Below, one piece after another: positions 36,593-41,474 of a stretch of 41,474 nt of DNA. The position numbers were made by a program, and so were the translations under genes. The notes under the pieces are model-generated. The model was given only the letters and a program-made list of their open reading frames with translations, had not been told where the DNA came from and searched no databases. This stretch comes from Candidatus Krumholzibacteriia bacterium (GTDB lineage: Bacteria > Krumholzibacteriota > Krumholzibacteriia > WVZY01). The DNA lies in assembly GCA_036478295.1 (NCBI GenBank), contig JAZGDW010000214.1:1-41474 (forward strand), written 5' to 3'. The first letter of the stretch is position 1. Each line of letters opens with the position of its first letter.

Positions 36593-36642
36593 ACACTACC
36601 ACAATGACAGTATGCTGTCAAACACACGACAGTGTGCTGTCA
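36593..36642 (-). promoter_or_regulatory. MarR promoter with two tandem palindromic operators
   Basis: TGACAG-tatg-CTGTCA (36605-36620) and CGACAG-tgtg-CTGTCA (36627-36642); minus-strand TTGACA-N17-TAGTGT overlaps them. Confidence 0.7.
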
Positions 36643-36782
36643 ATTCTGGTTTCATCATCCACATTAGCCCCGCCCTTTCGACTGTGGCCCGGATGGTAAG
36701 CTCTCACGCAAGGCGAACGTCCCTGTCCGCGAAAGTGATAATAGCCAAGAAATTGTAATTGACGGTTTACATGAATCGCAAA

Positions 36783-36798
36783 TGTAATTAAGTTCACA
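36783..36798. promoter_or_regulatory. CRP/Rex-like box upstream of the cytochrome gene
   Basis: TGTAA-ttaagt-TCACA (1 mismatch to the CRP consensus); a second inverted repeat TGTAA-N8-TTACA at 36754-36771. Confidence 0.4.
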
Positions 36799-36846
36799 AG
36801 AGGAGCGTACCAGATCGACCGAATAAGCAATGAAAGGAGAGTTCTT

Positions 36847-37548
36847 ATGAAACAAGTGGTTTCGAGAGAACTTCTGGGCGTGTGCGTCCTTTTGGTGGCC
36901 GGCTTGTTTGTGTGGGCCGGGCCCGCCAACGCGTACGATCAATTCTCGCAGAACGGCGGGGATGCTACGAACTGCGGCCTCTGCCACGGAAACTTTCGCG
37001 CGGGCAGCTACATTTCGCCCGGTGACGGCCAGGACTGGGGGAACCTCCACAACTTGCATCGCTTCGACATGCTCGGCGGCGACTGCAACACCTGTCACAT
37101 CTCAAGCGGCAGGTTCCCCGTGCTCCTCAATGCGTCGGTTGGTGGCTCCGGCCTCGCGACTATCGGGTGCGTGGGCTGCCACGGGCGGGCGGAGGACAAC
37201 ACCGCTGCGAATCCCGATGTCCCGGGCCTGGGCGGCTACGGCGCCGGATTGCGCCAGCACCACACCCAAGCAGGAGTGGCGGCCTGCACCATCTGCCACC
37301 AGGATGCCGATCCGGCGAAGTATACGCCCGCCAGCGAGACGATTCAGCCACCCTACTACGGCAGCCCCTTCCATCCGGCTATGCCCACGGATGCCTGCAA
37401 CCCGGCGGGTGGCGAGGACTTTGCCGGCGATTCGGATGGGCTGGACAACGATGGCAACGGTCAGTACGACTTCAGCGACGTCAACTGCCTGTCACCGGTC
37501 GAGGAGACCACGTGGGGAGCCATCAAGGCCCTGTACGCGACGGAGTGA
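36847..37548 (+). CDS. secreted tetraheme cytochrome c with acidic DGLDNDGNG motif and C-terminal TWG motif
   Basis: Signal peptide (..ANA/Y); CGLCH, CNTCH, CVGCH, CTICH; ends SPVEETTWGAIKALYATE; RBS AAAGGAG. Confidence 0.88.
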   Translation: MKQVVSRELLGVCVLLVAGLFVWAGPANAYDQFSQNGGDATNCGLCHGNFRAGSYISPGDGQDWGNLHNLHRFDMLGGDCNTCHISSGRFPVLLNASVGGSGLATIGCVGCHGRAEDNTAANPDVPGLGGYGAGLRQHHTQAGVAACTICHQDADPAKYTPASETIQPPYYGSPFHPAMPTDACNPAGGEDFAGDSDGLDNDGNGQYDFSDVNCLSPVEETTWGAIKALYATE

Positions 37549-37649
37549 GAGGTTTGGCGGCACACGTTTTCCCAGCTGCCGGTGATTGATAACGGAAGCA
37601 CCAGTTGCGTTGGACGTACACGATCGTCTCGGTGAAGCGTCGAGGAAGG

Positions 37650-38009
37650 CTACTTCGCCTGCATGATGACGTTGCTGGGATTGGTGATGGTGATGACGCC
37701 ACCGATACCGCACGTTAGCATACTCGGCTGGGTGAGAACGGGAACGTGATTAATCTTCTTGACGATCGAGCCGGGCGTCCACATGCCGACGGGCGCCATG
37801 GCGCAGGGCGTTGGAACGCCTGAGGCCGCGGCGGTGAGAATGTTGCAGGTACCGAAGGGCGGCAGGTTCGCTCCCGTCGCACAGTCCTGAATGGTGGCGA
37901 CCAGCATGCCCCCGACCTTGACGATCTGCTGGCTGGTGACACTGAGCGTCGACGGGGCGGTACCCATCGGGCACATGCACATCGCTCCCTGGCAAACCAC
38001 CGATGGCAC
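37650..38009 (-). CDS. DUF4280 (PAAR-like) protein
   Basis: VCQGA.C.CPMG, ATI.D, N.PPFG.C, PC.....W..G and L.C..GG.I.I pattern. Confidence 0.85.
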   Translation of the reverse strand: MPSVVCQGAMCMCPMGTAPSTLSVTSQQIVKVGGMLVATIQDCATGANLPPFGTCNILTAAASGVPTPCAMAPVGMWTPGSIVKKINHVPVLTQPSMLTCGIGGVITITNPSNVIMQAK

Positions 38010-38153
38010 GGTTCATCCTCCGCTGTTCGGCCGCCGCCCCCCCGTCTCGTCCCCTACTTCTCGATCTTCTGGCGGCTACCTGCTTGCCTGGCAAGGATAA
38101 CATCTGGCGGCTCATGATGCAACGATTTACCGCGCGCCGCGCCGGAGCACACG

Positions 38154-38957
38154 TCACGGCCTTCGTACGACCCAGAACTTTTGCGCACACTCGGGAATCA
38201 AGAACGCTTCCCTCTCCAGAGTGGCGAAGTCGCCGAAGAGCGTCTCCAGGAAGGAAGGTGGATGGTAGGCCACGTATAGCTTGCTGCCCTCCATCACACC
38301 GTCTTTCACCACGATCTTGCCCGCCTGGTACAGGGCCTTGTGCTCGGGCAGCAGTCTGTCGTCGAAATCATGGAACGATGCGATGAGGATACCACCCGGC
38401 TTGAGGGCCCTGCGCATCTCCTTCACCCACCGGTAGTGGGCATCTTCGGAAAGGTGCGTGAAGACCGAGATGGCATAGACGACGTCGAACGAGGCGTCCT
38501 CGACCGGTAGCGGCGGGTTCAGATCGTTCCGAAGAAAATTCACGCCGGGTATGGATCGCCTGCACCACTCGATCGTGACGGGGTTGTAGTCCGTCCCGGT
38601 AAACCGCGCGTCCCGTCCCTCAAACAGCTGCGGCAGGTGCCTGAGCAACCTGCCGGGACCACAGCCCCACTCGCAGATCCGCAAGCGCTCTCCGGGATGG
38701 TACTTGTTGATGATCCCGGCCAGGTGCCGCGCGTAGGCAGCGCCCTGATCGAAATACGCGCGGTAGTGTGTCGAGCCGAAGGCGTCGAACATCCAGCGTT
38801 TCGGCGGCGCCACGAAATCCGGGTGCTCCTCGAGAAACTCCCGGTTTCCACGCTCCGTCCGCAAGAGCTCCCTGCGGAAGCGCACGAAGTCCAGCGGACC
38901 CAGCAATCTCATTCTGCGCGCCGCGGCTGCCAGCCTCCGCTGCAACTGCACATTCAC
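38154..38957 (-). CDS. class I SAM-dependent methyltransferase
   Basis: EWGCGPGR, FDVVYAISVFTHL and LKPGG motifs. Confidence 0.88.
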   Translation of the reverse strand: MNVQLQRRLAAAARRMRLLGPLDFVRFRRELLRTERGNREFLEEHPDFVAPPKRWMFDAFGSTHYRAYFDQGAAYARHLAGIINKYHPGERLRICEWGCGPGRLLRHLPQLFEGRDARFTGTDYNPVTIEWCRRSIPGVNFLRNDLNPPLPVEDASFDVVYAISVFTHLSEDAHYRWVKEMRRALKPGGILIASFHDFDDRLLPEHKALYQAGKIVVKDGVMEGSKLYVAYHPPSFLETLFGDFATLEREAFLIPECAQKFWVVRRP

Positions 38958-39090
38958 ACCTTCCTTCTCTGGGAGTCTGTTTGTCGATGCTCGTGATCCG
39001 CCCCTGCGGAACGCTCGCGGACGAAGTTTACTATAACACTCATTACACTGGAAAAACCGCTGATCCGAATATCCTCCACCCCGCGGTCGC

Positions 39091-40083
39091 CTATTGTCCG
39101 CGCCGGATCGCCTGCCCCTTCACCGGCTCGCCCCGCGAAACGGGCTTGCCGTCGGCGAGGTAGCCTTGGAACTGAGCCGGCAGTCCCTCGCCCAGCCCAA
39201 AGGCAGGAGTGTTCTGCAGGTGGCAATGGAGGTGGGGCTCGCTCGAATTCCCGCTATTGCCGCAGAGCCCCAGGAGGTCGCCGGTCACGACACGCTGGCC
39301 CTTCTCCACGGCGACGGTCCCCTTCTTGAAATGGGCGAGGAACGAATATTCTCCGCTGCCGTGGTCGAGGATCACGTGATTTCCCAGTGCCTGTTTTGGG
39401 TTCATTACCCCGGGGATGTTGTCCTCGACACCGTTCTCCATCACGACCACCAGGCCTGCGCCGGGCGCAAGAATACGTTCACCAAAGCAGTAGAAGTCCT
39501 GGTTCCGTTTGCCGTCGCCCGCGTGGGTCGAGCCGTCTTTCATCATCAAGATGTCGTAGGCGAATCGCTGGTCCACGGTGAACGCGTGATAATTCTCCGC
39601 GATGGTCCGGCCGCCCCACACGACAAACCATTTCCCCTCGAACGGCAACTCGAGCTTCGTCCTCGTCTCATAATCGAGGTATTTGCTGGGCGCTTCCGTT
39701 TGGACGGGGCGGATATAAAACCCGGCCACGACGCCTTTCTTGTCGAACGCCCACTGGACGTGGATCAACTGGTCGAGTTTCTCAAAGCGGGCCGTGCGCA
39801 GGTATACGCTCAAGGCGCCGACTTCTTCGACTGTCTCGGCAATGGTCGCTGTCTCCTTGCCGAGCTGTTCTCTTGTCTGCTCGTAAAACGCCCTGAGGTT
39901 GTTCTCACTGCCGAGGGCGTTTTTCATTTCCGGGGAAAAGTTCTGCCAGATCTTGTCGAGCTCGCCGCCGAAGAAAAGTGCGCAGTGCCGGCGGCCGAGA
40001 TCCATGAAGGACGGATCGGCGGATGCGCCGAGCAGCAACAATGCGGTCGCAATAACCACCACATGAAAACGAGGTTTGATCAC
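39091..40083 (-). CDS. M23 family metallopeptidase with N-terminal DUF3887-like domain
   Basis: Signal peptide; H.....QRFAYD, GNHVILDH, AHFKKG and GNSGNSSEPHLH motifs. Confidence 0.88.
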   Translation of the reverse strand: MIKPRFHVVVIATALLLLGASADPSFMDLGRRHCALFFGGELDKIWQNFSPEMKNALGSENNLRAFYEQTREQLGKETATIAETVEEVGALSVYLRTARFEKLDQLIHVQWAFDKKGVVAGFYIRPVQTEAPSKYLDYETRTKLELPFEGKWFVVWGGRTIAENYHAFTVDQRFAYDILMMKDGSTHAGDGKRNQDFYCFGERILAPGAGLVVVMENGVEDNIPGVMNPKQALGNHVILDHGSGEYSFLAHFKKGTVAVEKGQRVVTGDLLGLCGNSGNSSEPHLHCHLQNTPAFGLGEGLPAQFQGYLADGKPVSRGEPVKGQAIRRGQ

Positions 40084-40187
40084 CGTCCGGAGCTTACACT
40101 ATTTCTGGCCGCTTCGTGAATAGCCGAAGCACGTCTCGCATCCCGATTAGCCGAACAGCGCGCTCAAGCTGCCTCGTCCACGTTGGC

Positions 40188-40814
40188 TCACCGGACGAAA
40201 CTCCTGCTGAATAGGAATTTCACGAGGCCCCAGGATACGTTCTCGACCGGCACCTGTGCCGGCGGAGTGATCGAGAGAACCGCCGAGGCGGAATCGTCGT
40301 AGTCGACCCTCACGCCACCGCACGTCTTATAGTCCGGCTTTTCCAGTGGGCCATTCCAACCCATGACGCGAACCGTCATTGTGCCCGCTTCACGGGTCAA
40401 CTCGAGGTCCACCTCGCCGATAACCATTCCGGATGTTATGTCAAAACACGCCGCCGGAAAGGTCACCTCGGCAGCAACGAAGTTTCCAATGGAGTTCTGC
40501 CATGCGGCGACGTCGCCGGGGCTTCTCACCTCCGTCAGCACGACGGCCGCGGCCTCCGAAAACTGGAACCCGAAGCGATACCCCGTAACCCTTTCGGGAA
40601 GCGATCCAGAAATGACGTAAATCGTAAACGCCTCTCCCTGACCCACCTCCCGCGTGAAATCCTGCGCGGGGTCGCCGGTTAGTTGCGGGTTGAACGCCAC
40701 GACAATTTGTCCTTCGCCAGGTTCGACGACCGTTGCCGAAATGGTTGAAATGGGAGTGCACACCAGCAGCATCGCGAGGACTATTGCGACGCGTGGCATC
40801 GAGTTTCCAGGCAT
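40188..40814 (-). CDS. secreted hypothetical protein (cohesin-like beta-sandwich) with C-terminal SWG motif
   Basis: Signal peptide; beta-rich; ends VPVENVSWGLVKFLFSRSFVR; GGAGG RBS before ATG 40814. Confidence 0.7.
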   Translation of the reverse strand: MPGNSMPRVAIVLAMLLVCTPISTISATVVEPGEGQIVVAFNPQLTGDPAQDFTREVGQGEAFTIYVISGSLPERVTGYRFGFQFSEAAAVVLTEVRSPGDVAAWQNSIGNFVAAEVTFPAACFDITSGMVIGEVDLELTREAGTMTVRVMGWNGPLEKPDYKTCGGVRVDYDDSASAVLSITPPAQVPVENVSWGLVKFLFSRSFVR

Positions 40815-41309
40815 TGGGGACCTCCACGGGACGTTGGGTGGGCGTGTGGGGTGGGACGCTAAAAGATAACACGCGACTTGTATTGAGGCAACCTCTGAGA
40901 GAACGAAACGCGTAGTGTTGGCGGTCGGCGCGGCCACAGTCCGCGTGCAGGCGCACTTCGGTCCCTGGGGAGACCGAGGCGCTGGCATACTTGTCTCAAT
41001 GAGACAACCCTGATACAATGTTGAGTCAACGGGTTGTCTCAGTTACGAGCGACAACTGCTGCGCGTGAATCCCTATTTCATCAGAAGATAACGGTTTACA
41101 GGCACATTTACCGTTTAGCCCGAACATTGCAATTGGCTGTGGTATCTTCCACACAAGAACACTAAGAACAGCTCTCGTTGTCCTCCGTGCATCGGAGAAA
41201 CAACAAGTAGGCAACACTCCCCGATACTGCGAGGAAGCAGTGAATTGACGGGAGTCACAAAGGCAAGGGTGCCCGGAACCCATTCCGGCAAACCACGAGC
41301 GAGGTTCAG

Positions 41310-41474
41310 ATGACCGAGTCCAAAGAACACAACGCAGCAGTCGCAATCACACGACCCGTAAAGACGTTGGCGTCATGGGTCGGATTCTCCCTGGTCGTAG
41401 CAGCCGTTCTCGCGCTGGCCATGACCCAGCCCGGCTGTGGTTCGGATGAAGGCGGTGTTGTCGCACCCGGTACT
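41310..41474 (+). CDS. probable lipoprotein (partial, runs off the right edge)
   Basis: ATG 41310 after GAGG; MTESKEH...VGFSLVVAAVLALAMTQPGCGSDEGG, hydrophobic stretch then a PGC lipobox-like site. Confidence 0.55.
   Translation, partial: MTESKEHNAAVAITRPVKTLASWVGFSLVVAAVLALAMTQPGCGSDEGGVVAPGT

Noticed and set aside
121..41346. Numerous long overlapping ORFs in the track (e.g. 3986-5002+, 14180-15553+, 21988-22920+, 24632-25732-, 29090-30214-, 39094-40119+)
   Set aside because: Shadow frames of well-supported genes in GC-rich DNA; Arg/Pro/Gly-rich with no family motifs

Overview
GC-rich (roughly 60-65% by eye) bacterial chromosomal window with no rRNA, tRNA, CRISPR array or transposase visible. 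Gene style, in particular several secreted proteins ending in a 'PVExx[TS]WGxxK' tail, suggests an FCB-group candidate phylum such as Krumholzibacteriota, Latescibacterota or Eisenbacteria (inference). Content in order: partial SGNH hydrolase, DUF2723 glycosyltransferase, lysA, a sigZ-arsM pair, an NhaP antiporter, and a six-gene tricarboxylate operon (HD-like protein, PrpD, fungal-type homoaconitase, homoisocitrate/isocitrate dehydrogenase family, CitD-CitE fusion, CitF). Then lipoproteins, an NHL propeller, an amidinotransferase, a truncated iorA, a CDF transporter, a DUF2938-like gene, mobA-napB-napA plus an FdhF/YdeP molybdoenzyme, and YwiC, bPH, CPBP and SPL-like radical SAM genes. The end holds a flavodoxin, AAC(3)-family and deacetylase genes, MarR, a tetraheme cytochrome c, DUF4280, a methyltransferase and an M23 peptidase. 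Three leads stand out. (1) The DUF2938-like membrane protein has an in-frame UGA at codon 35 followed immediately by a SECIS-like hairpin, making it a candidate new selenoprotein missed by the ORF track. (2) Three unrelated secreted proteins share a C-terminal 'TWG' motif, a candidate protein-sorting signal. (3) The citrate-lyase/PrpD/homoaconitase/dehydrogenase operon looks like a non-canonical 2-oxoacid elongation pathway.
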